In this document: positions 25,154-38,243 of the stretch, piece after piece
How positions within the stretch are numbered: position 1 is the first letter of the stretch
Layout of the letters: every line of letters begins with the position of its first letter
Source: Selaginella moellendorffii
Taxonomy: Eukaryota > Plantae > Lycopodiophyta
DNA: 64,000 nt
Direction of reading: 5' to 3'
Assembly (NCBI RefSeq): GCF_000143415.4
Contig: NW_003314376.1
Location: 186,001 to 250,000 of the forward strand
The notes under the pieces: generated by a model
The model's database searches: none
Told to the model about the DNA's origin: nothing
Seen by the model: only the letters and a program-made list of their open reading frames with translations
Made by a program: the position numbers and the translations under genes

Positions 25154-28100
25154 TGTGAGTGCTTGGAATATGGAAAGGGAATATAGAAATGTGTATATCA
25201 ATTAGCCCAAAAACCCTAGCTTATATACAGGAGCGAGTGGTCTAGATTGAAACCAATCTGACGGCTACCAAAATCCCACTACGCTAATATTAGTATATAG
25301 CATCATAACCGTACACTTGGCCCTCACATCATCCCCTCCTCTCGGGATAATGGAAGACCATCAGGGTTCTTTTGAAGATGGGCCAGGATCTGGAGGAACG
25401 TCAGGAGGAGGCATCGGTGGATCTATAGGTGGCATTAACTCCTCTTGATCCCTTTGTACGAAGCGTTTTAGCCGCTGCAAATGCACAATCTTTGGAGGAT
25501 CGGCCTGCTGAATGTCATGCCGAACCTCATAAACTTGTGGTCCAATTTGTCGCAACACTTGATATGGTCCTTTCCATTGCGCAAGAAGCCCCTTAGATAA
25601 ACCACGTACCGTAAGATGGGGAAAACGGACTAACACCAAATCATCCACTTTGTACTCCACAGGTAGACGATGATGAGAGTTGTAGCGCCATTGTTGTCCC
25701 ACTTGTACGCGGCCTAAGTGTTAGGCAGACTCTGCTCGGACAAGTGGAAGAATGCTCGTCAAATACTGATCCCATGATCTAGCATCGGCAGCACGTGGCA
25801 ATCGCGAAGGTAAACCCAGCTCCGTTGGTAATATTGGGTCATGACCATATAGGAGTTTATATGGTGAAGCACCAACAGAACTCTGCACCCCTGTAACATA
25901 TGTATACCGAAGAAATGGCAAATAACCATCCCAATCCGAATGCTGAAAGTTCACATACTTCATAATCATCCCTTTGAATGTCCGAACAAGCCGTTCCACC
26001 AGACCGTCTGATTGTGGATGATAAACACTCGTGAAAGTGTGGCATATCCCCAACCGAGATGTCAAAACATGAAATGCCTTAGCCATAAATGCGGGACCAT
26101 TATCCGAAAGAATCCGCTCTGGACAAGAATGCTGGAACACCACTCGATTGAGGAGGAAGTATCCAACAACAGTTGTAGAGGCGCTAGCAAGAGCACCAAC
26201 TTCCACCCAACGAGTCAAGTAGTCAAAAGCAATAATAACGTATTCATTGCCAGCAGTCGACCGTGGAAAAGGCCCCATAAGATCAAACACCACTAACTCA
26301 AACGGACGGGAAACCGCAATTGACTCCAACGGTCCTTCTGCAGCACGAGGGGGAGTATTACGAGCTTGGCACTAAACGCAGCTACGCACATACCGGATAA
26401 TACCACGTTGCATCTCTGGCCAATAGAAAAACCTGCACAGCTTCTCGGTGACACGATGGTGTCCCATATGCCCACCTAGAATAGGAGAATCATGGTAGGC
26501 ATGGAGAAACCACGGAATAAATACCGAAGGCACCACCAGCCGTAAATGATCATCAGGATCCGTCCCCACAAAATAAAGAAGGCCATCGTCAAGGCAATAT
26601 TGAGAATGTAAATGCCGGAAAGGCAAGTCATTAACAAGTGATGCAGGATTCTCAAACCCATCTCGAAGCCTCCGAATCCACTTCTCAATCTTTTGAGCCT
26701 CGCGAACCTCATCAAGAGAAGGTAGATCTTGCTCTGCACCTTGTGGACATTGAACGTCAAGGACAGCAACCGCCGACGGCACAGAATCCTCATCTAGAAA
26801 ATCCAACAATAGGTTCGTCAGAAACATGAGAAGTGAATGGAGAAGGAAGGGGAGCTCGAGAAAGGGCATCAGCATCAGCCATAGAACTCCCTGGGCGATG
26901 AACAACATCGAAATCATATATCTGAAGCTTCAAAACCCATCGAGCCGTACGACCAACTATGTTCTTCCGCTTCAACAATGAAGTAACAGCAGCATGGTCA
27001 CCTTCAAGTAAGGTCTGAGAACCATGTAGATAGGCATGAAGTTTTCTCGAAACCCCAGACTGCTGCTAAACACTCCTTCTCCGTCGTGGAGTAGTTCATT
27101 TCCATTGGTTGTAATGTACGGCTTATGTATGCAATGGGATGGCGCTTCCCCAGCACACTCGAGCTCTCTTGCATCAACACACCTCCAAGACCAATGTCAG
27201 AAGCATCCACGCTCAAAATAAAAGGTCGAGTGTAGTCAGGATATGCCAAAACCGGAGGAGTCGTCAATAGTTCTTTGAGATCCACGAACTCTCGCTCACA
27301 ATCTGGAGACTAGATGAAAGATGACGTTGATGACTTCAGCAACGCTCGCAATGGTGTAGTGCGATCGGAAAGATGATCCACAAAACGACCGAGATACTGC
27401 ACCTTACCCAAAAAGTGCTGCACATCATTCACACACTTCGGAGTAGGGAACTTTAGAATAGCCACAAGTTTGTCAGGATCAACTTGCAAACCCTCACGAG
27501 AAATACGGTACCCAAGATAAGTTGTGTCCTTGGACCCAAACACGCACTTTGACCGCTTCAGCTTTAAACCAACGTCACGTAGCCGATCCAACACTTTACA
27601 AACATCACGAACATGCTCCTCCCACGTCCCCTCCGAGTGGATCAAGACATCATCAATGAAGTCAGCAGTCACCTCTGGCATATCGCAAAGAACCTCGTCC
27701 ATCATCTGCTGGAAAGTTGCTGGAGCATTGTTCAAACCAAACGGCATCACCAAGAACTCATACAAACCAAATGGTTAATGAAAAGCAGTCTTAGGAATAT
27801 CTTCGTCGGCCATCGGTACTTGCCAATACCCAGAAGCAAGATCTAACTTGGTGAACCAACGACTTCACCCCAGACGATCCAAGAGATCAGCAGTGTGAGG
27901 AAGAGGATACACATCTGCGATCATCACTTCATTTAACGGACGACAGTCGATGCAAAAACGAATACTCCCATCAGGCTTCGTCACAAAATGAGGTTCACAT
28001 GCCCAAGGACTCCGTGACTTCCGAATAACACCCTTCTCCAGCATTTCCTTGACGTTTACTTGTAAAATCTTGATCTCCTTAGGTGACCGACGATGAACAA

Positions 28101-30112
28101 GAACCTTGATTGGACGAGCATCCCCGGTTGGAATCGGATGATGTGTGGCAATCTTGGCCCCAGACGATAAGTCAAATTCAAAGAGATCAGAATACTCCTT
28201 TATGAGCTGGTCAACTGCTGCAACACAAAGATCGTCGGAGGGATCGGAAAAGGGAAAAGCAGAACAAGATGGAAACACAAAAGGAAAGAGTGGGGGAACA
28301 AAAGTAATGGAAGTAGAGGTAGAAGTAGAGGGACGAAGAGGTATGGAAGTGAGAGGAATGGATGAAACATAAGGAAGTATGAGACAAGGGGGAGAAGCCT
28401 CAAAGTCACACTTGGCATGATTGTGCTGCAACCAATCCATACCAAGAATGAGGTCAAAAGTTTGACTCGGCACCACCCGCAATGGCTGCAACTCAAGCTC
28501 GAGATCGCCCACACGCACAACCAGGTCCACCTCATCCCGTGCACATGCATGTGTATGGCCGTTGCCATAAAGAATGAAAACTGGTTTCGCCGCACGACGC
28601 AAGTGTAAACGACAACGTGTGGCAACAGGTCGAGCAATAGAAGATAAACTTGAACCTGTATCAACCAATACGGAGAGAATAATAGGAGACCTCTTGTTAT
28701 AAAAATGAGCTTGGAAAGTAAACACTAGATGAACCGGTGCCGAGTGAACCCCTTGATGATACTCCCGAAAGAAAGATGGAGGGGTCACTAACTTATTCGC
28801 GCAAGGTCCCTCCGTTACTCGTGCGACTCCTCGTTTCCCGGATGCATCTCGGTGTCCAGACCTTCCATTGCAGCAGCACCCACGGGATGTTGCTGACGCC
28901 AAGGTCTCCACCCAGGAAATGGAGGTCACCAATCCGGAAAACGATGGCAACGCCGATAAGTATGACCAACTTCATCACACACCCAGCAGCGAACATCACG
29001 GCCACGACCACATCCTTGTGCTTGTCCTTGGACTCGAGCAGTAGCAGCATCAACCTCCATTGGAACAGGACCATCACCCATAGGAAGTGGAGTTGAAGGA
29101 CGTGCAGCGAGAAGTGGAAGAGGCGACGTCTCATAACGTTGTGCCAAGTGAAGAGCATCGTCAAGGGTGGCAGGAGCAAGTGCATGCACAAGTCCAACAA
29201 GATCTTGACAAAGTGCTGGCCACAACATTCCTAGCTTGATCCGCTCCGACATATTTGGCTCCACACGAAGCAAAAGACTTCAGAAACAAATGCCAAATTG
29301 CATCACCGACTCAGATAGCCCTTGGCGAAGACGATGCAATTGCTGGAAAGCATCATCACAATCATCGGCATGTCCGAAGGCGCGTTTGAAGACGTCCGGG
29401 AGAACACTCAAATCCCCACGAGTGGCTGTGCTCAAACCATTGTACCACTGCAATGCTGTCCCCTGAAGACACATGGGAAACTCACGCAACCGTTGAGCAT
29501 CATCCCAAGAATGATATGTGGCAATCACTGTGAAGTGATCAAACCAATGGTACACATCATCCCCAAGATTCCCACGAAAGAACTCCGGCCGAACGCGAGG
29601 ATTGGCACCAAGAGCAGGAAGAGTTGGACCACGTGCCGTGAATGCCGCCATCAATTGAGTTTGGTTGTTCAATTGCAAGCCCATAGCATCAAGCAATTAG
29701 ACCAACTGCTGCTCGAGAGTCAAAGGAGGAGATTGCTGATCTGCCATGGGGAATGAAAAACAAAGAGCAAAAGAAGAGAAATGACAAAAAGCTAGAAGGA
29801 AATGGTAGATCTAGACAATGCAAAAAGCTAGATGTAAACCAAAATCCTGAAAGGAAAGAACAAAAAGAAGGAAATGGAAAAAGCTAAATCTAGACAATGG
29901 AAAAGTTAAATTTAAACCAAAATCCCAAATCCAAGCACTCCTCAAGGACAATCAAAGGTGCCCTTCACCTCCACCAATGTGAGTGCTTGGAATATGGAAA
30001 GGGAATACAGAAATGTGTATATCAATTAGCCCAAAAACCCTAGCTTATATACAGGAGCGAGTGGTCCAGATTAAACCAATCCGACGGCTACCAAAATCCC
30101 ACTACACTAATA
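25154..30112 (-). mobile_element. Ty3/gypsy family G element G2, near full length (~5 kb), decayed
   Basis: 3' LTR 25154-25328, 5' LTR from 29978 into the gap, PBS tggtggaggtg; gag from ATG 29747 with CCHC knuckle CWVCDEVGHTYRRC, protease VDTGSS, RT FIDD, RNase H DAS, integrase HHCC plus GPY; no chromodomain. Confidence 0.95.
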
Positions 30113-30239
30113 NNNNNNNNNNNNNNNNNNNNNNNNNNNNNNNNNNNNNNNNNNNNNNNNNNNNNNNNNNNNNNNNNNNNNNNNNNNNNNNNNNNNNNNN
30201 NNNNNNNNNNNNNNNNNNNNNNNNNNNNNNNNNNNNNNN
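30113..30239. other. Assembly gap (N)
   Basis: Run of n. Confidence 1.
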
Positions 30240-30631
30240 ACTAGATATTGGTATTGTATTTGAATTTGATATATATTTATAAATAAATATTTACTTATAA
30301 ATTACTCATAAAATAACAAAGGACATTTTTTAAAGCTACACTCAAATGGTTTTATAGTAATAAATGTATATTCAGTAATACTAAATATAGTGAATTTATT
30401 CTGTAAATTAGGTCAGAAGGTAAAACCTCTATTAAATAGGAAATATTGCCACTCAGATCTAAATATTATTTAAATTTAAATTTTTTAAAAATACCTGTTT
30501 AATAAAAATATTTCCATGAAAACATTAAGAAATTATTCTTTCGTGTACCAGAATATTTGAAAATATTTTTAATGACTCCTTTTGCTCTCTCTATTATCAG
30601 ATCTGTATAGGACTACATTAAGTTGTACATT

Positions 30632-30885
30632 CTTGAGGTCAGTAGGAAGGCATTGATTTGCTTGTTACAACTTACAAGTTCCAAAGGCATTAGTTTGGTT
30701 TTGGTACAAGATCCAGGCAGGACAACATGCTTGGAATACAAGGAATGGAGAGAGGCCACCTTGAAACAAAATCCATCACCTAGTAAGCTTTTAATAATTG
30801 GTTTCTTTGGATTGATCAAGCATGCCCAATATCTCTATTTGTTTGTTCAGAAAAGCAAATGCACTTAAATTTTGAAAGAATGTGA
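30632..30885 (+). pseudogene. ORC6: ORC6 3' remnant (arm A copy)
   Basis: Near identical to 14376-14629. Confidence 0.8.
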
Positions 30886-31355
30886 AGGTGACGTTTCCAA
30901 TTTTGAACTTTTGTAAGAAAAACAAGTTACTCATTTTAAAAGACTTTTAGCTATACAAATATGTTGTTTACTAGCAAACCAAAATACCAATTAATATTAG
31001 TGTTTAGACAATTTGATTGGTACAGAAGACCATACCAGTTGATTTATATTGTGTTGGTTTTACCAATTGCTTTACTCATCCTCTTGCATAACACTGCAAA
31101 GCAAAACACTATCCCTTTTCCTCCTCTTGTGATTACTATTACGATAATATGTATTATTATTATAAGCATTAGTAACATTCTTCATGGTTGCCTACAGATG
31201 CAGCTTCTTGGCTATAGAAACTTGCTGGAGATGGTGGGCTTTCCAAAGCTCATCTCTCAAAAGGCTCTTGAAATGCAACAAAAGCTGCCAGAATCTCCAA
31301 GGATGAGTATTAGAATGGTGAAGAGAAAAGTTTAGCATTTTTGTTTCTTTGCTAA

Positions 31356-31412
31356 GGGGAGATAGCTCAGATGGTAGAGCGCTAGCTTAGGGATCAATAA
31401 CCAGCATCTCCA
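31356..31412 (+). pseudogene. tRNA-Ala pseudogene with internal deletion
   Basis: gggga..tagctcagatggtagagcgct..cttag joined to ggatcaataaccagcatctcca; 3' anticodon stem and variable loop missing. Confidence 0.8.
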
Positions 31413-31850
31413 AATATGTTTGATTATTGGATCGTTCCAGGCGTTTTGACCGATTTTACTGGTGTTGACCTCTGGGGGAGCTATGGATGGATGTTGCACC
31501 GTGAGACTGTCAACAGAGCAATGCATAGATATTTATCTTGTGTTCTTTTTCCCACACTTTTGCAAACGAGTAAACAAGTTTCGTTCACTGGAAGTACATT
31601 AGGATTGAGCCTGGACATCAAATTAAAGATGTTGAAATATTCGTGATTGTGAGATTAAATCGCTGTTCACATCTAGGTTTGGGCTCTTTGGCATGCTCAG
31701 TTCAAGTCCGACAATCCACAGCGTCACAAGCTCTTGTTTTTTTCACAAAGCCAAAAGTACCTCTTTATTTTCTATTTTCTAAGTCAAGGGTTAGGTTATA
31801 ATCTTTCTCGCTTGGATTTTTCTATTGTCGAAGCTCTCGTCAGGTAAGCT

Positions 31851-32606
31851 ATGGTCTCTCGCGCTCACGCCGCCCCAACGCTTGCCCGCCGAGCTCCAGC
31901 GCCCTGGCATGGCGGCCATCACCGAGCTTCACACCCGCGAGCTCCAGCTCTAGCTCCAGCACATCCACCACACCACCATGGACACCATCCTCGAGGAGCC
32001 CACGAGCCAGTGCCAGGTTTAGCTCCAGTTCTTCAAGGTGACGCTCCAGTTCGAGCCCCAGCGCCAGCTGCTTTCGTTCACCCTGCTCGCGGCCACCCTG
32101 CTCATCTAGCTCCAGCGCCTGATGCTCGCCACCACGATCCAGCTCCAGCAGCAGCAGTGTACCATCATCATCACGGTGATGGAGCTCCTCTGGTTGTTCA
32201 CCACCATGGTCACCACCATGGAGGACGCCACAACCACCACCACCACCACCACCACCACCACCACCATCGTCGCGAGGGTCACGACGCAGCAGTGGCCACA
32301 CCAACACCCGCAGCAGTAGTTACAGTGGTTCGGAGGACGCCGTGGTCGCTGCTCCAGCTTCTTCTGTGGGTTTTGGTTGCGATCTTGGTGCTGCTCGCAT
32401 TCTTTTTGCTCGTGCGATGGATGTTCTCTCGGAGGAAGCAGCGCAGTAATGCGATCTTTCAGGATCCCGGGTGGCAGATCGAAGTTGTGGTGGACGATTC
32501 TCTGACTGAGAAGAAACAGCTGGAAGCTCACACTCGTGGTTCGCACAGCAATGGCACTCTGGGATTCTCCTCAAAGTGTCCTGCCAACACTGGCAGTGAC
32601 GCGTAA
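31851..32606 (+). CDS. His/Pro-rich single-TM protein, copy 2
   Basis: 251-aa ORF near identical to 15612-16382. Confidence 0.6.
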   Translation: MVSRAHAAPTLARRAPAPWHGGHHRASHPRAPALAPAHPPHHHGHHPRGAHEPVPGLAPVLQGDAPVRAPAPAAFVHPARGHPAHLAPAPDARHHDPAPAAAVYHHHHGDGAPLVVHHHGHHHGGRHNHHHHHHHHHHHRREGHDAAVATPTPAAVVTVVRRTPWSLLQLLLWVLVAILVLLAFFLLVRWMFSRRKQRSNAIFQDPGWQIEVVVDDSLTEKKQLEAHTRGSHSNGTLGFSSKCPANTGSDA

Positions 32607-33079
32607 GTCAGCACAGTGCATGCCTTGTCACATGGAAGATTGTGTACAAACAATCTTCAAGGAGATGAAGTTGCAGAGCAACAAGACAGCAGGGTCTTGC
32701 TCACGGACGGTGAAGATCACATACAAGGGTCCACTGGTGGAAGTCACCAGACTTGGAAGTTATTGCGCAGCTGGCTCGGAACATGGACTGGAAAGTAGAG
32801 CAGGAACCTACCAAGTTTCGATTTGACTGAGCTATCCTCTAGAGGTGACGGGGGAGCAGACGTTAGTGCACCTCCAAAGGCCAGAGAAGTTGCTTGAGAC
32901 GAAAGGTTTGAGAAAAGGTAACGTACTACTTTTGCTCTCCGTTCTTGCAGGTGCTCAAATCTCAACTTCGATGAGAAGAAGCAGAGCAGGGCATAGCGGC
33001 CAGATAGGTTTCTCCAGAGTCAAGAGCATCATAAGCCAGGAATCAAGCAAGTGCAAAATTGTGGAAGTATGGTCGAAGT

Positions 33080-33415
33080 CTCGTCGCAAGCAGCCTCGTG
33101 GACATGTGGAAGCATCAGAAGTGTTCAGGAGGACAAAGAAACACGACGTTGGTTGCCTGGAACACGATCATCATGGGACATGCACGTCTTCTATGCAACG
33201 AGGAGCTGGCCTGCCTCCAAACGCTGAGACTTTGCATGGAGCAGCAAAACGTCGTTTCCTGGGAACAACCTTTGCTCTTGACTGCTACGAGCAAGCCGCA
33301 GCCAAACGCTCAGACTTTCATGGTGGCGCTCAAGGCACGCGGCGACTTAGCAGAGAAGAGGCTCCACTCACAGATCTGGGAGAGAAATCTGGAGGGAATC
33401 CACTACTCAGCGTGG
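33080..33415 (+). pseudogene. PPR remnant (arm A copy)
   Basis: SSLVDM..VAWNTIIMGHA..PNAQTFMVALKA. Confidence 0.7.
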
Positions 33416-34058
33416 ATATCTTTCCAATCCTAAGAGAAATGGATATCTTTCCAATCCTAATGTCCTACTTGCAGTGACACGCCACTTTGGATACTTTGAA
33501 TAACGAAACTCTTTTTTTCCTCGTTTTTCAACTTAGAACTCATTGAATGTGATCATGGAGACACAAGCCATCAGCGTACACAAACTACTTCCCTACAGGA
33601 AACTGGGGAAAAGAAACACGAGATAAATATCTATCCATTGCTGTTTTGATAGTCTCACGGTGCCCAACCGAAAGCATGAGACTGATAGATGCAAAAATGC
33701 AAGTTGGATTATCTTTGTCATGTAGATGGCATCCTTGTTGTCTTCACGCTCCTGCCTACCAGTCTTCTTTTTCTTGGCCGGTGGAGGTCTCTTATTATGG
33801 CTGCCTCTATTGCAGACACAACATATCAAAGTAGTTTCATAATGTCAGAGGCAAAAGCAAAAGAATTAACCCATCTGGGTACTGGAATAAAAGCCAGTTT
33901 GTCACAGACGGTAGAGCAGCAATCCAGTGACCCAACAGTGGAGGGAACTAGCACCATCCGGTTTTACTTCTTCATCGTGGATCCCTAGCTCCTCAAGTGG
34001 TCAACCATAGTCAACACCAGTAAAATCGGTCAAAACGCTTGGAATGATTGAAAATAGT

Positions 34059-34131
34059 TGGAGATGCTGGGTATCGATCCCAGTGCCTCTCACATGCTAA
34101 GCGAGCGCTCTACGATCTGAGCTACATCCCC
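34059..34131 (-). tRNA. trnA-AGC: tRNA-Ala(AGC) variant
   Basis: Three transitions versus the 21059 copy: a compensated T-stem pair and a G:U pair in the anticodon stem. Confidence 0.8.
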
Positions 34132-34589
34132 TTAGAATAGAAACAAAAATGCAAAGCTTTTCTCTTCACCAGTCTAGTACTCATCCTTGGAGATTTGGGC
34201 GTCTTTTGTCACATTTCAAGAGTTTTTTGATTGATTCTAGAGCTCTAGCTATGGAGGAAAATACTCAAGGTCATGAGATCTCATCTTGGCAACGTCTTAT
34301 TAAGTGCTCCAGGCCGAGGGATTTGTGGAGCATACCCCTGAGAATCAAAAGAGATGCATGTGGAATCCATAGGATGGGTTGCTTGATGCATACGACAGGG
34401 CACTCCTTGCAAAGCTGGCAACCATGAAGAATGTTACTAATGCTTATAATAATAATACATATAGTAATAGTACAAAGAAGAGGAGGAACAAGGCTAGTGA
34501 ATTATTTTGCTTTGCAGTGTTATTCAAGATGGGTAGAAGCAATTGGTAAAACCAAGACAATATAAATCAATTGGTATGATCTTTAGTAC

Positions 34590-36856
34590 TGTGAGGGCCT
34601 AGTGTACGGCTACGATGCCGTATACTAATATTAGCATAGTGGGATTTTGGTAGCCGTCAGATTGCTTTTAATTTGGACCACTCGCTCTTATATATAAGCT
34701 AGGATCTTTTGGGCTAATGGATATGCACATTTCTATATTCCCTTTCCATATCCCAAACACTCACATTGGTGGAGATGAGGGGCACTTTTGATTGTCCCTA
34801 AGGAGTGCTTAAATTTGGGATTTTGGTTTAGATCTAGCTTTTGCATTGTCTAGATCTAGCTTTTTCCATTTCCTTTCTTTTGTTCTTTCTTTTTAGGATT
34901 TTGGTTTAGATCTAGCTTTTTACATTGTCTAGATCTACCATTTCCTTCTAACTTTTTGTCATTTCTCTTCTTTTGCTCTTTCTTTTTCATTCGACAAGGG
35001 CGAGGACGTGGTCGTGGCTGTGATGTTCACTGTTGGGCATGTGATGAAGTTGGTTATATCTCGAGTTTAAGTTGCAGTCATTGCGGGTGGTGCCGAGTCA
35101 AGTTTTTGACCTCATTCTTGGTATGGATTGGTTGCAGCGCAATCATGCTAAGTGTGATTTTGAAGTTTCTCCCCCTTGTCTCATATTTCCTTATGTTTCA
35201 TCCATTCCTCTCACTTCTGTACCTCTTTGTCCCTTTATTTTTACCTCTGCTTCCATTACTTTTGTTTCCCCACTATTTCCTCCTATGTTTCCATCTTGTT
35301 CTGCTCTTCCCTTTTCAGATCCCTCCGACGATCTTTGTGTTGCAGCGGTGGACCGGCTCATGAAGGAGTATTCTGATCTCTTTGAATTTGACTTATTGTC
35401 TGGGGCCAAGATTGCCACACGTCATCCAATTCCAACCAGGGATGCTTGTCCAATCAAGGTTCCCGTTCGTTGTCGGTCACCCAAGGAGATCAAGATTTTA
35501 CGTGCAAATGTCAAGGAGATGTTGGAGAAGGGTGTTATTCGGAAGTCGTGGAGTCCTTGGGCATGTGAACCTCATCTTGTGACAAAGCCTGATGGGAGTA
35601 TTCATTTCTGCATCGACTATCGTCCATTAAACAAAGAGACGATCCCAGATGTGTATCCTCTTCCTCACACTGCTGATCTCTTGGATCGTCTGGGGCGAAG
35701 TTGTTAGTTCACCAAGCTAGATCTTGCTTCTGGGTACTGGCAAGTACCGATGGCCGAAGAAGATATTCATAAGACTGCTTTTCATACACCATTTGGTTTG
35801 TACGAGTTCTTGGATTTGCCGTTTGGTTTGAACAATGCTCCAGCAACCTTCCAGCGGATGCTGGACAAGGTTCTTTGCGATATGCCGGAGGTGACTGTTG
35901 ACTTCATTGATGATGTCTTGATCCACTCGGAGGGGACATGGGAGGAACATTTGTGATGTTTGTAAAGTGTTGGATCGGCTACACGATGTTGGTTTAAAGC
36001 TGAATCAGACAAAGTGCATGTTTGGGTCCAAGGATACAACTTATCTTCGGTACTATATTTCTCGTGAGGGTTTGCAAGTTGATCCTGACAAACTTGTGGT
36101 TGTTCTAAAGTTCCCTACTCCGAAGTGTGTGAATGATGTGTAGCGCTTCTTGGGCAAGGTGTAGTATCTTGGTCGTTTTGTGGATCATCTTTCTAATCGC
36201 ATTGCACCATTGCGAGCGTTGCTGAAGTCGTCAACATCATCTTTCATCTGGTCTTTAGATTATAAGCGGGCGTTCGAGGATCTCAAAGAGCTATTGATGA
36301 CTCTTCCGATTTTGGCATATCCTGACTACACTCGACCTTTTATTTTGCGCGTGGATGCTTCTAACATTGGTCTTGGAGGTGTGTTGATGCAAGAGAGCTC
36401 GAGTATGCCTAGTTAGCACCATCCCATTGCATATATAAGCCATACGTTACAACCAGCGGAAATGAACTACTCCATGACAGAGAAGGAGTGTTTAGCAGCA
36501 GTTTGGGGTTTTGAGAAACTTCATGCATATTTACATGGTTCTCAGACGTTACTTGAAGGTGATCATGCTGTTGTTACGTCATTATTGAAGCGGAAGAACC
36601 TGGTTGGTCGTACTGCTCGATGGGCTTTGAAGCTTCAGATCTATGATTTTGATGTTGTTCATCGCCCAGGGAGTTCTTTGGCTAATGCTCATGCCCTTTC
36701 TTGAGCTCCTTTTCCTTCTACATTCTCTTCTTATGTTTCTGACGAGCCTGTTGTTCCAGCCTCTGTGAATTTTCTACACGAGGATTTTGTGCCGTCGGCG
36801 GTTGCTGTACTTGACATTCAGTATCCACAAGGCACAAAGCAAGATCTACCTTCTCT
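34590..36856 (+). mobile_element. Ty3/gypsy family G element G3, gag mostly deleted, 3'-truncated
   Basis: 5' LTR 34590-34765, PBS TGGTGGAGATG 34767-34777, protease end, RT, RNase H; same left junction (ctttagtac|tgtgag) as G1. Confidence 0.9.
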
Positions 36857-37037
36857 GTCAAGATTTCTCTTCCAGATCTGCGAGTGGAGCCTCTTCACCT
36901 AAGTCGCCCCGTGCCTTGAGCACCACCACGAAAGTCTAAGCGTTTGGCTGCTGGCTTGCTCATAGCACTCGAGAGCAAAGGTTGTTCTCGGTGTATCCCA
37001 GGAAAGGATGTTTTGCTCAGCATTTGGAGGTAGGCCA

Positions 37038-37745
37038 GTGAGTGCTTGGAATATGGAAAGGAAATACAAAAATGTGCATATTAATTAGCCCAAAAACCCT
37101 AGCTTATATACAGGAGCGAGTGGTCCAAATTGAAACCAATCCGACGGTTACCAAAATCCCACTACGCTAATATTAGTATACGGCATCGTAACCGTACACT
37201 TGGCACTCACATCATCCCCTCCTCTCGGGATAATGGAAGACCATCAGGGTTCTCTTGAAGATGGGCCGGGATCCGGAGGAACATCATGCTGAACCTGAGG
37301 AGGAGGCATCGGTGGATCTGTAGGTGGTATTAACTCCTCCTGATCCCTTTGTATGAAGCGTTTTAGCCATTGCACATGCACAATCTCTGGAGGATCAGCC
37401 TGCTGAACGTCATGCCAAACCTCATAAACTTGTGGTCCAATTTGTCACAACACTCGATATGGTCCTTTCCATTGCGCAAGAAGCCCCTTAGATAAACCAT
37501 GTACCGTAAGATGGGGAAAACGGACTAACACCAAATCGTTCACTTTGTACTTCACAGGTAGACAATGATAGGAGTTGTAGCGCCATTGTTGTCCCACTTG
37601 TACGCAGCCTAAGTGTTCAGTAGACTCCGCTCGGACAAGTGGAAGAATGCTTGTCAAATACTGATCCCATGATTTAGCATTGGCAGCACGTGGCAATCAC
37701 GAATTTAAACCCAGCTCCGTTGGTAATATTGGATCATGACTATAT
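37038..37745 (-). mobile_element. Family G fragment G4 (integrase C-terminus, PPT, 3' LTR 37038-37211)
   Basis: Matches 25154-25850; cut by the TIR transposon end; left flank 36860-37037 is an arm-B PPR fragment. Confidence 0.9.
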
Positions 37746-38243
37746 ATGCTCTATTTCGTTAAAGTGGGATTTATTCAGTAAAATAGGACTAGGTACAAAT
37801 TTTCAAGTATTTGAAAATGACGTGAAATTATATGTTTTTTGTCCAGGGGCTAGACATATCTGGGGCATAGTGACTAGCGCGGTGACTTTGTGTCCAGACT
37901 GAGTCCATCTGGTTGTATAATAAATCTCATTGTCAAGGTGAACAAGCCGAATCTGAAGCTAAAGAAGAGCGATGGCATGCGCGCACACACTATTTGTTTG
38001 TTCATTGAGCATGTGGTGAGCTTTCCAAGATGAACGTCATTCCTATTAGCCAGACATATAACTCAATGGTGAGAACATTTAGATATTATTCAATGTTATC
38101 TTTTTCTAACGAATCTAATTGTGAAGGTGTAGCAAGAGGCATTGCTAGTCTGGAGAAGTCATTTAACTCATTTGACCCTTAGTGTATTTTCATGAAACTA
38201 AATAACATTCATATTATTAAGGAATTTCTCTAGTACCTTTTCT

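Noticed and set aside
25361-25702. Chromodomain at the integrase C-terminus
   Set aside because: After the GPY module there is only a short Pro-rich tail and then the PPT
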